Assembly (NCBI GenBank): GCA_964016885.1
Contig: OZ024750.1
Coordinates: forward strand, 37,820,001-37,884,000
Direction: 5' to 3'
Length of the DNA: 64,000 bases
From: Eledone cirrhosa
Lineage: Eukaryota
Below the pieces are notes generated by a model. The model saw only the letters and a list, made by a program, of their open reading frames with translations, was not told the DNA's origin and ran no database searches. Made by a program: the position numbers and the translations under genes. This document shows, in pieces, positions 30,601 to 46,500 of the stretch (position 1 is its first letter; each line of letters begins with the position of its first letter).

Positions 30601-33600
30601 GTACCATGAAGCTATGGCTAACCTGTACACTGTATGTGATGTACCATGAAGCTATGACTAACCTGTACACTGTATATGATGTACCATGAAGCTATGACTA
30701 ACCTGTACACTGAATGTGATGTACCATGAAGCTATGACTAACATGTACACTGTATGTGATGTACCATGAAGCTATGACTAACCTGTACACTGTATGTGAT
30801 GTACCATGAAGCTATGGCTAACCTGTACACTGTATGTGATGTAACATGAAGCTATAGCTAACCTGTACACTGTATGTGATGTACCATGAAGCTATGACTA
30901 ACCTGTACACTGTATGTGATGTACCATGAAGCTATGACTAACCTGTACACTGTATGTGATGTACCATGAAGCTATGGCTAACCTGTACACTGTATGTGAT
31001 GTACCACGAAGCTATGACTAACCTGTACACTGTATATGGTGTACCATGAAGCTATGACTAACCTTTACACTGTATGTGATGTACCATGAAGCTATGGCTA
31101 ACATGTACACTGTATGTGAAGTACCATGAAGCTATGACTAACCTGTACACTGTATGTGATGTACCATGAAGCTATGGCTAACCTGTACACTGTATGTGAT
31201 GTACCATGAAGCTATGACTAACCTGTACACTGTATGTGATGTTCCATGAAGCTATGACTAACCTGTACACTGTATGTGATGTACCATGAAGCTATGGCTA
31301 ACCTGTACACTGTATGTGATGTACCATGAAGCTATGGCTAACATGTACACTGTATGTGAAGTACAATGAAGCTATGACTAACCTGTACACTGTATGTGAT
31401 GTACCATGAAGCTATGGCTAACCTGTACACTGTATGTGATGTACCATGAACCTATGGCTAACCTGTACACTGTATGTGATGTACCATGAAGTTATGACTA
31501 ACATGTACACTGTATGTGATGAACCATGAAGCTATGGCTAACCTGTACACTGTATGTGATGTACCATGAAGCTATAGCTAACCTATACACTGTATGTGAT
31601 GTACCATGAAGCTATGACTAACCTGTACACTGTATGTGATGTACCATGAAGTTATGACTAACCTGTACACTGTATGTGATGTACCATGAAGCTATGGCTA
31701 ACCTGTACACTGTATGTGACGTACCATGAAGCTATGACTAACCTGTACACTGTATGTGATGTACCATGAAGCTATGGCTAACCTGTACACTGTATGTGAT
31801 GTACCATGAAGCTATGGCTAACCTGTACACTGTATGTGATGTACCATGAAGCTATGGCTAACCTGTACACTGTATTTGATGTACCATGAAGCTATGACTA
31901 ACCTTTACACTGTATGTGATGTACCATGAAGCTATGACTAACCTGTACACTGTATGTGATGTACCATGAAGCTATAGCTAACCTGTACACTGTATGTGAT
32001 GTACCATGAAGCTATGGCTAACCTGTACACTGTATGTGATGTACCATGAAGCTATGACTAACCTGTACACTGTATATGATGTACCATGAAGCTATGACTA
32101 ACCTGTACACTGAATGTGATGTACCATGAAGCTATGACTAACATGTACACTGTATGTGATGTACCATGAAGCTATGACTAATTGTACACTGTATGTGATG
32201 TACCATGAAGCTATGGCTAACCTGTACACTGTATGTGATGTAACATGAAGCTATAGCTAACCTGTACACTGTATGTGATGTACCATGAAGCTATGACTAA
32301 CCTGTACACTGTATGTGATGTACCATGAAGCTATGACTAACCTGTACACTGTATGTGATGTACCATGAAGCTATGGCTAACCTGTACACTGTATGTGATG
32401 TACCATGAACCTATGGCTAACCTGTACACTGTATGTGATGTACCATGAAGTTATGACTAACATGTACACTGTATGTGATGTACCATGAAGCTATGGCTAA
32501 CCTGTACACTGTATGTGATGTACCATGAAACTATAGCTAACCTATACACTGTATGTGATGTACCATGAAGCTATGACTAACCTGTACACTGTATGTGATG
32601 TACCATGAAGCTATGACTAACCTATACACTGTATGTGATGTACCATGAAGCTATGACTAACCTGTACACTGAATGTGATGTACCATGAAGCTATGACTAC
32701 CATGTACACTGTATGTGATGTACCATGAAGCTATGCTAACCTGTACATTGTATGTGATGTACCATGAAGCTATGGCTAACCTGTACAATGTATGTGATGT
32801 ACCATGAAGCTATGACTAACCTATACACTGTATGTGATGTACCATGAAGCTATGACTAACCTGTACACTGTATGTGATGTACCATGAAGCTATGGCTAAC
32901 CTGTACACTGTATGTGATGTACCATGAAGCTATGACTAACCTGTACACTGTATGTGATGTACCATGAAGCTATGGCTAACCTGTACACTGTATGTGATGT
33001 ACCATGAAGCTATGACTAATCTGTACACTGTATGTGATGTACCATGAAGCTATAGCTAACCCGTACACTGTATGTGATGTACCATGAAGCTATGACTAAC
33101 CTGTACACTGTATGTGATGTACCATGAAGCTATGACTAACCTGTACACTGTATGTGATGTACCATGAAGCTATGGCTAACCTGTACACTGTATGTGATGT
33201 AACATGAAGCTATAGCTAACCTGTACACTGTATGTGATGTACCATGAAGCTATGACTAACCTGTACACTGTATGTGATGTACCATGAAGCTATGACTAAC
33301 CTGTACACTGTATGTGATGTACCATGAAGCTATAGCTAACCTGTACACTGTATGTGATGTACCATGAAGCTATGGCTAACCTGTACACTGTATGTGATGT
33401 ACCACGAAGCTATGGCTAACCTGTACACTGTATATGGTGTACCATGAAGCTATGACTAACCTTTACACTGTATGTGATTTACCATGAAGCTATGGCTAAC
33501 ATGTACACTGTATGTGAAGTACCATGAAGCTATGACTAACCTGTACACTGTATGTGATGTACCATGAAGCTATGGCTAACCTGTACACTGTATGTGATGT

Positions 33601-36600
33601 ACCATGAAGCTATGACTAACCTGTACACTGTATGTGATGTTCCATGAAGCTATGACTAACCTGTACACTGTATGTGATGTACCATGAAGCTATGGCTAAC
33701 CTGTACACTGTATGTGATGTACCATGAAGCTATGACTAACCTGTACACTGTATATGATGTACCATGAAGCTATGACTAACATGTACACTGTATGCGATGT
33801 ACCATGAAGCTATGACTAACCTGTACACTGTATGTGATATACCATGAAGCTATGACTAACCTGCACACTGTATGTGATGTACCATGAAGCTATGACTAAA
33901 CTATACACTGTATGTGATGTACCATGTAGCTATGACTAACCTTTACACTGTATGTGATGTACCATGAAGCTATGGCTAACCTGTACACTGTATGTGATGT
34001 ACCATGAACCTATGGCTAACCTGTACACTGTATGTGATGTACCATGAAGCTATAGCTAACCTATACACTGTATGTGATGTACCATGAAGCTATGACTAAC
34101 CTGTACACTGTATGTGATGTACCATGAAGCTATGACTAACCTGTACACTGTATGTGATGTACCATGAAGCTATGGCTAACCTGTACACTGTATGTGATGT
34201 ACCATGAAGCTATGACTAACCTGTACACTGTATGTGATGTACCATGAAGCTATGGCTAACCTGTACACTGTATGTGATGTACCATGAAGCTATGGCTAAC
34301 CTGTACACTGTATGTGATGTACCATGAAGCTATGGCTAACCTGTACACTGTATGTGATGTACCATGAAGCTATGACTAACCTTTACACTGTATGTGATGT
34401 ACCATGAAGCTATGACTAACCTGTACACTGTATATGATGTACCATGAAGCTATGACTAACCTGTACACTGAATGTGATGTACCATGAAGCTATGACTAAC
34501 ATGTACACTGTATGTGATGTACCATGAAGCTATGACTAACCTGTACACTGTATGTGATGTACCATGAAGCTATGCTAACCTGTACACTGTATGTGATGTA
34601 CCATGAAGCTATGGCTAACCTGTACAATGTATGTGATGTACCATGAAGCTATGACTAACCTATACACTGTATGTGATGTACCATGAAGCTATGACTAACC
34701 TGTACACTGTATGTGATGTACCATGAAGCTATGGCTAACCTGTACACTGTATGTGATGTACCATGAAGCTATGGCTAACCTGTACACTGTATGTGATGTA
34801 CCATGAAGCTATGACTAACCTGTACACTGTATGTGATGTACCATGAAGCTATGACTAACCTGTACACTGTATGTGATGTACCATGAAGCTATGACTAACC
34901 TGTACACTGTATGTGATGTACCATGAAGCTATAGCTAACCTGTACACTGTATGTGATGTACCATGAAGCTATGACTAACCTGTACACTGTATGTGATGTA
35001 CCATGAAGCTATGGCTAACCTGTACACAGTATGTGATGTACCATGAACCAATGGCTAACCTGTACACTGTATGTGATGTACCATGAAGTTATGACTAACA
35101 TGTACACTGTATGTGATGTACCATGAAGCTATGGCTAACCTGTACACTGTATGTGATGTACCATGAAGCTATAGCTAACCTATACACTGTATGTGATGTA
35201 CCATGAAGCTATGACTAACCTGTACACTGTATGTGATGTACCATGAAGCTATGACTAACCTATACACTGTATGTGATGTACCATGAAGCTATGACTAACC
35301 TGTACACTGAATGTGATGTACCATGAAGCTATGACTACCATGTACACTGTATGTGATGTACCATGAAGCTATGCTAACCTGTACACTGTATGTGATGTAC
35401 CATGAAGCTATGGCTAACCTGTACAATATATGTGATGTACCATGAAGCTATGACTAACCTATACACTGTATGTGATGTACCATGAAGCTATGACTAACCT
35501 GTACACTGTATGTGATGTACCATGAAGCTATGGCTAACCTGTACACTGTATGTGATGTACCATGAAGCTATGACTAACCTGTACACTGTATGTGATGTAC
35601 CATGAAGCTATGGCTAACCTGTACACTGTATGTGATATACCATGAAGCTATGACTAATCTGTACACTGTATGTGATGTACCATGAAGCTATAGCTAACCC
35701 GTACACTGTATGTGATGTACCATGAAGCTATGACTAACCTGTACACTGTATGTGATGTACCATGAAGCTATGACTAACCTTTACACTGTATGTGATGTAC
35801 CATGAAGCTATGGCTAACCTGTACACTGTATGTGATGTAACATGAAGCTATAGCTAACCTATACACTGTATGTGATGTACCATGAAACTATGACTAACCT
35901 GTACACTGTATGTGATGTACCATGAAGCTATGGCTAACCTGTACACTGTATGTGATGTAACATGAAGCTATAGCTAACCTGTACACTGTATGTGATGTAC
36001 CATGAAGCTATGACTAACCTGTACACTGTATGTGATGTACCATGAAGCTATGACTAACCTGTACACTGTATGTGATGTACCATGAAGCTATAGCTAACCT
36101 GTACACTGTATGTGATGTACCATGAAGCTATGGCTAACCTGTACACTGTATGTGATGTACCACGAAGCTATGGCTAACCTGTACACTGTATATGGTGTAC
36201 CATGAAGCTATGACTAACCTTTACACTGTATGTGATGTACCATGAAGCTATGGCTAACATGTACACTGTATGTGAAGTACCATGAAGCTATGACTAACCT
36301 GTAAACTGTATGTGATGTACCATGAAGCTATGGCTAACCTGTACACTGTATGTGATGTACCATGAAGCTATGACTAACCTGTACACTGTATGTGATGTTC
36401 CATGAAGCTATGACTAACCTGTACACTGTATGTCATGTACCATGAAGCTATGGCTAACCTGTACACTGTATGTGATGTACCATGAAGCTATGACTAACCT
36501 GTACACTGTATATGATGTACCATGAAGCTATGACTAACATGTACAGTGTATGCGATGTACCATGAAGCTATGACTAACCTGTACACTGTATGTGATATAC

Positions 36601-39600
36601 CATGAAGCTATGACTAACCTGTACACAGTATGTGATGTACCATGAAGCTATGACTAAACTATACACTGTATGTGATGTACCATGTAGCTATGACTAACCT
36701 TTACACTGTATGTGATGTACCATGAAGCTATGGCTAACCTGTACACTGTATGTGATGTACCATGAAGCTATAGCTAACCTATACACTGTATGTGATGTAC
36801 CATGAAGCTATGACTAACCTGTACACTGTATGTGATGTACCATGAAGCTATGACTAACCTGTACACTGTATGTGATGTACCATGAAGCTATGGCTAACCT
36901 GTACACTGTATGTGATGTACCATGAAGCTATGACTAACCTGTACACTGTATGTGATGTACCATGAAGCTATGGCTAACCTGTACACTGTATGTGATGTAC
37001 CATGAAGCTATGGCTAACCTGTACACAGTATGTGATGTACCATGAAGCTATGGCTAACCTGTACACTGTATGTGATGTACCATGAAGCTATGACTAACCT
37101 TTACACTGTATGTGATGTACCATGAAGCTATGACTAACCTGTACACTGTATATGATGTACCATGAAGCTATGACTAACCTGTACACTGAATGTGATGTAC
37201 CATGAAGCTATGACTAACATGTACACTGTATGTGATGTACCATGAAGCTAAGACTAACCTGTACACTGTATGTGATGTACCATGAAGCTATGCTAACCTG
37301 TACACTGTATGTGATGTACCATGAAGCTATGACTAACCTATACACTGTATGTGATGTACCATGAAGCTATGACTAACCTGTACACTGTATGTGATCTACC
37401 ATGAAGCTATGGCTAACCTGTACACTGTATGTGATGTACCATGAAGCTATGACTAACCTGTACACTGTATGTGATGTACCATGAAGCTATGGCTAACCTG
37501 TACAATGTATGTGATGTACCATGAAACTATGACTAACCTGTACACTGTATGTGATGTACCATGAAGCTATGGCTAACCTGTACACTGTATGTGATGTAAC
37601 ATGAAGCTATAGCTAACCTGTACACTGTATGTGATGTACCATGAAGCTATGACTAACCTGTACACTGTATGTGATGTACCATGAAGCTATGACTAACCTG
37701 TACACTGTATGTGATGTACCATGAAGCTATAGCTAACCTGTACACTGTATGTGATGTACCATGAAGCTATGGCTAACCTGTACACTGTATGTGATGTACC
37801 ACGAAGCTATGGCTAACCTGTACACTGTATATGGTGTACCATGAAGCTATGACTAACCTTTACACTGTATGTGATGTACCATGAAGCTATGGCTAACATG
37901 TACACTGTATGTGAAGTACCATGAAGCTATGACTAACCTGTACACTGTATGTGATGTACCATGAAGCTATGGCTAACCTGTACACTGTATGTGATGTACC
38001 ATGAAGCTATGACTAACCTGTACACTGTATGTGATGTTCCATGAAGCTATGACTAACCTGTACACTGTATGTGATGTACCAGGAAGCTATGGCTAACCTG
38101 TACACTGTATGTGATGTACCATGAAGCTATGACTAACCTGTACACTGTATATGATGTACCATGAAGCTATGACTAACATGTACACTGTATGCGATGTACC
38201 ATGAAGCTATGACTAACCTGTACACTGTATGTGATATACCATGAAGCTATGACTAACCTGTACACTGTATGTGATGTACCATGAAGCTATGACTAAACTA
38301 TACACTGTATGTGATGTACCATGTAGCTATGACTAACCTTTACACTGTATGTGATGTACCATGAAGCTATGGCTAACCTGTACACTGTATGTGATGTACC
38401 ATGAACCTATGGCTAACCTGTACACTGTATGTGATGTACCATGAAGCTATAGCTAACCTATACACTGTATGTGATGTACCATGAAGCTATGACTAACCTG
38501 TACACTGTATGTGATGTACCATGAAGCTATGACTAACCTGTACACTGTATGTGATGTACCATGAAGCTATGGCTAACCTGTACACTGTATGTGATGTACC
38601 ATGAAGCTATGACTAACCTGTACACTGTATGTGATGTACCATGAAGCTATGGCTAACCTGTACACTGTATGTGATGTACCATGAAGCTATGGCTAACCTG
38701 TACACTGTATGTGATGTACCATGAAGCTATGGCTAACCTGTACACTGTATGTGATGTACCATGAAGCTATGACTAACCTTTACCCTGTATGTGATGTACC
38801 ATGAAGCTATGACTAACCTGTACACTGTATATGATGTACCATGAAGCTATGACTAACCTGTACACTGAATGTGATGTACCATGAAGCTATGACTAACATG
38901 TACACTGTATGTGATGTACCATGAAGCTATGACTAACCTGTACACTGATGTGATGTACCATGAAGCTATGCTAACCTGTACACTGTATGTGATGTACCAT
39001 GAAGCTATGGCTAACCTGTACAATGTATGTGATGTACCATGAAGCTATGACTAACCTATACACTGTATGTGATGTACCATGAAGCTATGACTAACCTGTA
39101 CACTGTATGTGATGTACCATGAAGCTATGGCTAACCTGTACACTGTATGTGATGTACCATGAAGCCATGGCTAACCTGTACACTGTATGTGATGTACCAT
39201 GAAGCTATGACTAACCTGTACACTGTATGTGATGTACCATGAAGCTATGGCTAACCTGTACACTGTATGTGATGTACCATGAAGCTATGGCTAACCTGTA
39301 CACTCTATGTGATGTACCATGAAGCTATGGCTAACCTGTTCACTGTATGTGATGTACCATGAAGCTATGGCTAATCTGTACACTGTATGTGATGTACCAT
39401 GAAGCTATGACTAACCTGTACACTGTATGTGATGTACCATGAAGCTATAGCTGACCTGTACACTGTATGTGATGTACCATGAAGCTATGACTAACCTGTA
39501 CACTGTATGTGATGTACCATGAAGCTATGGCTAACCTGTACACTGTATGTGATGTACCATGAACCTATGGCTAACCTGTACACTGTATGTGATGTACCAT

Positions 39601-42600
39601 GAAGTTATGACTAACATGTACACTGTATGTGATGTACCATGAAGCTATAGCTAACCTGTACACTGTATGTGATGTACCATGAAGCTATAGCTAACCTATA
39701 CACTGTATGTGATGTACCATGAAGCTATGACTAACCTGTACACTGTATGTGATGTACCATGAAGCTATGACTAACCTATACACTGTATGTGATGTACCAT
39801 GAAGCTATGACTAACCTGTACACTGAATGTGATGTACCATGAAGCTATGACTACCATGTACACTGTATGTGATGTACCATGAAGCTATGCTAACCTGTAC
39901 ACTGTATGTGATGTACCATGAAGCTATGGCTAACCTGTACAATATATGTGATGTACCATGAAGCTATGACTAACCTATACACTGTATGTGATGTACCATG
40001 AAGCTATGACTAACCTGTACACTGTATGTGATGTACCATGAAGCTATGGCTAACCTGTACACTGTATGTGATGTACCATGAAGCTATGACTAACCTGTAC
40101 ACTGTATGTGATGTACCATGAAGCTATGGCTAACCTGTACACTGTATGTGATATACCATGAAGCTATGACTAATCTGTACACTGTATGTGATGTACCATG
40201 AAGCTATAGCTAACCCGTACACTGTATGTGATGTACCATGAAGCTATGACTAACCTGTACACTGTATGTGATGTACCATGAAGCTATGACTAACCTGTAC
40301 ACTGTATGTGATGTAACATGAAGCTATAGCTAACCTGTACACTGTATGTGATGTACCATGAAGCTATGACTAACCTGTACACTGTATGTGATGTACCATG
40401 AAGCTATAGCTAACCTATACACTGTATGTGATGTACCATGAAACTATGACTAACCTGTACACTGTATGTGATGTACCATGAAGCTATGGCTAACCTGTAC
40501 ACTATATGTGATGTAACATGAAGCTATAGCTAACCTGTACACTGTATGTGATGTACCATGAAGCTATGACTAACCTGTACACTGTATGTGATGTACCATG
40601 AAGCTATGACTAACCTGTACACTGTATGTGATGTACCATGAAGCTATAGCTAACCTGTACACTGTATGTGATGTACCATGAAGCTATGGCTAACCTGTAC
40701 ACTGTATGTGATGTACCATGAAGCTATGACTAACCTTTACACTGTATGTGATGTACCATGAAGCTATGACTAACCTGTACACTGTATATGATGTACCATG
40801 AAGCTATGACTAACCTGTACACTGAATGTGATGTACCATGAAGCTATGACTAACATGTACACTGTATGTGATGTACCATGAAGCTATGACTAACCTGTAC
40901 ACTGTATGTGATGTACCATGAAGCTATGCTAAACTGTACACTGTATGTGATGTACTATGAAGCTATGGCTAACCTGTACAATGTATGTGATGTACCATGA
41001 AGCTATGACTAACCTATACACTGTATGTGATGTACCATGAAGCTATGACTAACCTGTACAATGTATGTGATGTACCATGAAGCTATGGCTAACCTGTACA
41101 CTGTATGTGATGTACCATGAAGCTATGGCTAACCTGTACACTGTATGTGATGTACCATGAAGCTATGACTAACCTGTACACTGTATGTGATGTACCATGA
41201 AGCTATGGCTAACCTGTACACTGTATGTGATGTACCATGAATCTATGGCTAACCTGTACACTCTATGTGATGTACCATGAAGCTATGGCTAACCTGTTCA
41301 CTGTATGTGATGTACCATGAAGCTATGGCTAATCTGTACACTGTATGTGATGTACCATGAAGCTATGACTAACCTGTACACTGTATGTGATGTACCATGA
41401 AGCTATAGCTGACCTGTACACTGTATGTGATGTACCATGAAGCTATGACTAACCTGTACACTGTATGTGATGTACCATGAAGCTATGGCTAACCTGTACA
41501 CTGTATGTGATGTACCATGAACCTATGGCTAACCTGTACACTGTATGTGATGTACCATGAAGTTATGACTAACATGTACACTGTATGTGATGTACCATGA
41601 AGCTATGACTAACCTATACACTGTATGTGATGTACCATGAAGCTATGACTAACCTGTACACTGAATGTGATGTACCATGAAGCTATGACTACCATGTACA
41701 CTGTATGTGATGTACCATGAAGCTATGCTAACCTGTACACTGTATGTGATGTACCATGAAGCTATGGCTAACCTGTACAATATATGTGATGTACCATGAA
41801 GCTATGACTAACCTATACACTGTATGTGATGTACCATGAAGCTATGACTAACCTGTACACTGTATGTGATGTACCATGAAGCTATGGCTAACCTGTACAC
41901 TGTATGTGATGTACCATGAAGCTATGACTAACCTGTACACTGTATGTGATGTACCATGAAGCTATGGCTAACCGGTACACTATATGTGATATACCATGAA
42001 GCTATGACTAATCTGTACACTGTATGTGATGTACCATGAAGCTATAGCTAACCCGTACACTGTATGTGATGTACCATGAAGCTATGACTAACCTGTACAC
42101 TGTATGTGATGTACCATGAAGCTATGACTAACCTGTACACTGTATGTGATGTAACATGAAGCTATAGCTAACCTGTACACTGTATGTGATGTACCATGAA
42201 GCTATGACTAACCTGTACACTGTATGTGATGTACCATGAAGCTATAGCTAACCTATACACTGTATGTGATGTACCATGAAACTATGACTAACCTGTACAC
42301 TGTATGTGATGTACCATGAAGCTATGGCTAACCTGTACACTGTATGTGATGTAACATGAAGCTATAGCTAACCTGTACACTGTATGTGATGTACCATGAA
42401 GCTATGACTAACCTGTACACTATATGTGATGTACCATGAAGCTATGACTAACCTATACACTGTATGTGATGTACCATGAAGCTATGACTAACCTGTACAC
42501 TGAATGTGATGTACCATGAAGCTATGACTACCATGTACACTGTATGTGATGTACCATGAAGCTATGCTAACCTGTACACTGTATGTGATGTACCATGAAG

Positions 42601-43569
42601 CTATGGCTAACCTGTACAATATATGTGATGTACCATGAAGCTATGACTAACCTATACACTGTATGTGATGTACCATGAAGCTATGACTAACCTGTACACT
42701 GTATGTGATGTACCATGAAGCTATGGCTAACCTGTACACTGTATGTGATGTACCATGAAGCTATGACTAACCTGTACACTGTATGTGATGTAACATGAAG
42801 CTATAGCTAACCTGTACACTGTATGTGATGTACCATGAAGCTATGACTAACCTGTACACTGTATGTGATGTACCATGAAGCTATAGCTAACCTATACACT
42901 GTATGTGATGTACCATGAAACTATGACTAACCTGTACACTGTATGTGATGTACCATGAAGCTATGGCTAACCTGTACACTGTATGTGATGTAACATGAAG
43001 CTATAGCTAACCTGTACACTGTATGTGATGTACCATGAAGCTATGACTAACCTGTACACTATATGTGATGTACCATGAAGCTATGACTAACCTATACACT
43101 GTATGTGATGTACCATGAAGCTATGACTAACCTGTACACTGAATGTGATGTACCATGAAGCTATGACTACCATGTACACTGTATGTGATGTACCATGAAG
43201 CTATGCTAACCTGTACACTGTATGTGATGTACCATGAAGCTATGGCTAACCTGTACAATATATGTGATGTACCATGAAGCTATGACTAACCTATACACTG
43301 TATGTGATGTACCATGAAGCTATGACTAACCTGTACACTGTATGTGATGTACCATGAAGCTATGGCTAACCTGTACACTGTATGTGATGTACCATGAAGC
43401 TATGACTAACCTGTACACTGTATGTGATGTACCATGAAGCTATGGCTAACCTGTACACTGTATGTGATATACCATGAAGCTATGACTAATCTGTACACTG
43501 TATGTGATGTACCATGAAGCTATAGCTAACCCGTACACTGTATGTGATGTACCATGAAGCTATGACTAA

Positions 43570-46500
43570 CCTGTACACTGTATGTGATGTACCATGAAGC
43601 TATGACTAACCTGTACACTGTATGTGATGTAACATGAAGCTATAGCTAACCTGTACACTGTATGTGATGTACCATGAAGCTATGACTAACCTGTACACTG
43701 TATGTGATGTACCATGAAGCTATAGCTAACCTATACACTGTATGTGATGTACCATGAAACTATGACTAACCTGTACACTGTATGTGATGTACCATGAAGC
43801 TATGGCTAACCTGTACACTATATGTGATGTAACATGAAGCTATAGCTAACCTGTACACTGTATGTGATGTACCATGAAGCTATGACTAACCTGTACACTG
43901 TATGTGATGTACCATGAAGCTATGACTAACCTGTACACTGTATGTGATGTACCATGAAGCTATAGCTAACCTGTACACTGTATGTGATGTACCATGAAGC
44001 TATGGCTAACCTGTACACTGTATGTGATGTACCATGAAGCTATGACTAACCTTTACACTGTATGTGATGTACCATGAAGCTATGACTAACCTGTACACTG
44101 TATATGATGTACCATGAAGCTATGACTAACCTGTACACTGAATGTGATGTACCATGAAGCTATGACTAACATGTACACTGTATGTGATGTACCATGAAGC
44201 TATGACTAACCTGTACACTGTATGTGATGTACCATGAAGCTATGCTAAACTGTACACTGTATGTGATGTACTATGAAGCTATGGCTAACCTGTACAATGT
44301 ATGTGATGTACCATGAAGCTATGACTAACCTATACACTGTATGTGATGTACCATGAAGCTATGACTAACCTGTACAATGTATGTGATGTACCATGAAGCT
44401 ATGGCTAACCTGTACACTGTATGTGATGTACCATGAAGCTATGGCTAACCTGTACACTGTATGTGATGTACCATGAAGCTATGACTAACCTGTACACTGT
44501 ATGTGATGTACCATGAAGCTATGGCTAACCTGTACACTGTATGTGATGTACCATGAATCTATGGCTAACCTGTACACTCTATGTGATGTACCATGAAGCT
44601 ATGGCTAACCTGTTCACTGTATGTGATGTACCATGAAGCTATGGCTAATCTGTACACTGTATGTGATGTACCATGAAGCTATGACTAACCTGTACACTGT
44701 ATGTGATGTACCATGAAGCTATAGCTGACCTGTACACTGTATGTGATGTACCATGAAGCTATGACTAACCTGTACACTGTATGTGATGTACCATGAAGCT
44801 ATGGCTAACCTGTACACTGTATGTGATGTACCATGAACCTATGGCTAACCTGTACACTGTATGTGATGTACCATGAAGTTATGACTAACATGTACACTGT
44901 ATGTGATGTACCATGAAGCTATGACTAACCTATACACTGTATGTGATGTACCATGAAGCTATGACTAACCTGTACACTGAATGTGATGTACCATGAAGCT
45001 ATGACTACCATGTACACTGTATGTGATGTACCATGAAGCTATGCTAACCTGTACACTGTATGTGATGTACCATGAAGCTATGGCTAACCTGTACAATATA
45101 TGTGATGTACCATGAAGCTATGACTAACCTATACACTGTATGTGATGTACCATGAAGCTATGACTAACCTGTACACTGTATGTGATGTACCATGAAGCTA
45201 TGGCTAACCTGTACACTGTATGTGATGTACCATGAAGCTATGACTAACCTGTACACTGTATGTGATGTACCATGAAGCTATGGCTAACCGGTACACTATA
45301 TGTGATATACCATGAAGCTATGACTAATCTGTACACTGTATGTGATGTACCATGAAGCTATAGCTAACCCGTACACTGTATGTGATGTACCATGAAGCTA
45401 TGACTAACCTGTACACTGTATGTGATGTACCATGAAGCTATGACTAACCTGTACACTGTATGTGATGTAACATGAAGCTATAGCTAACCTGTACACTGTA
45501 TGTGATGTACCATGAAGCTATGACTAACCTGTACACTGTATGTGATGTACCATGAAGCTATAGCTAACCTATACACTGTATGTGATGTACCATGAAACTA
45601 TGACTAACCTGTACACTGTATGTGATGTACCATGAAGCTATGGCTAACCTGTACACTGTATGTGATGTAACATGAAGCTATAGCTAACCTGTACACTGTA
45701 TGTGATGTACCATGAAGCTATGACTAACCTGTACACTATATGTGATGTACCATGAAGCTATGACTAACCTGTACACTGTATCTGATGTACCATGAAGCTA
45801 TAGCTAACCTGTACACTGTATGTGATGTACCATGAAGCTATGGCTAACCTGTACACTGTATGTGATGTACCACGAAGCTATGGCTAACCTGTACACTGTA
45901 TGTGATGTACCATGAAGCTATGACTAACCTGTACACTGTATGTGATGTAACATGAAGCTATAGCTAACCTGTACACTGTATGTGATGTACCATGAAGCTA
46001 TGACTAACCTGTACACTGTATGTGATGTACCATGAAGCTATAGCTAACCTATACACTGTATGTGATGTACCATGAAACTATGACTAACCTGTACACTGTA
46101 TGTGATGTACCATGAAGCTATGGCTAACCTGTACACTATATGTGATGTAACATGAAGCTATAGCTAACCTGTACACTGTATGTGATGTACCATGAAGCTA
46201 TGACTAACCTGTACACTGTATGTGATGTACCATGAAGCTATGACTAACCTGTACACTGTATGTGATGTACCATGAAGCTATAGCTAACCTGTACACTGTA
46301 TGTGATGTACCATGAAGCTATGGCTAACCTGTACACTGTATGTGATGTACCATGAAGCTATGACTAACCTTTACACTGTATGTGATGTACCATGAAGCTA
46401 TGACTAACCTGTACACTGTATATGATGTACCATGAAGCTATGACTAACCTGTACACTGAATGTGATGTACCATGAAGCTATGACTAACATGTACACTGTA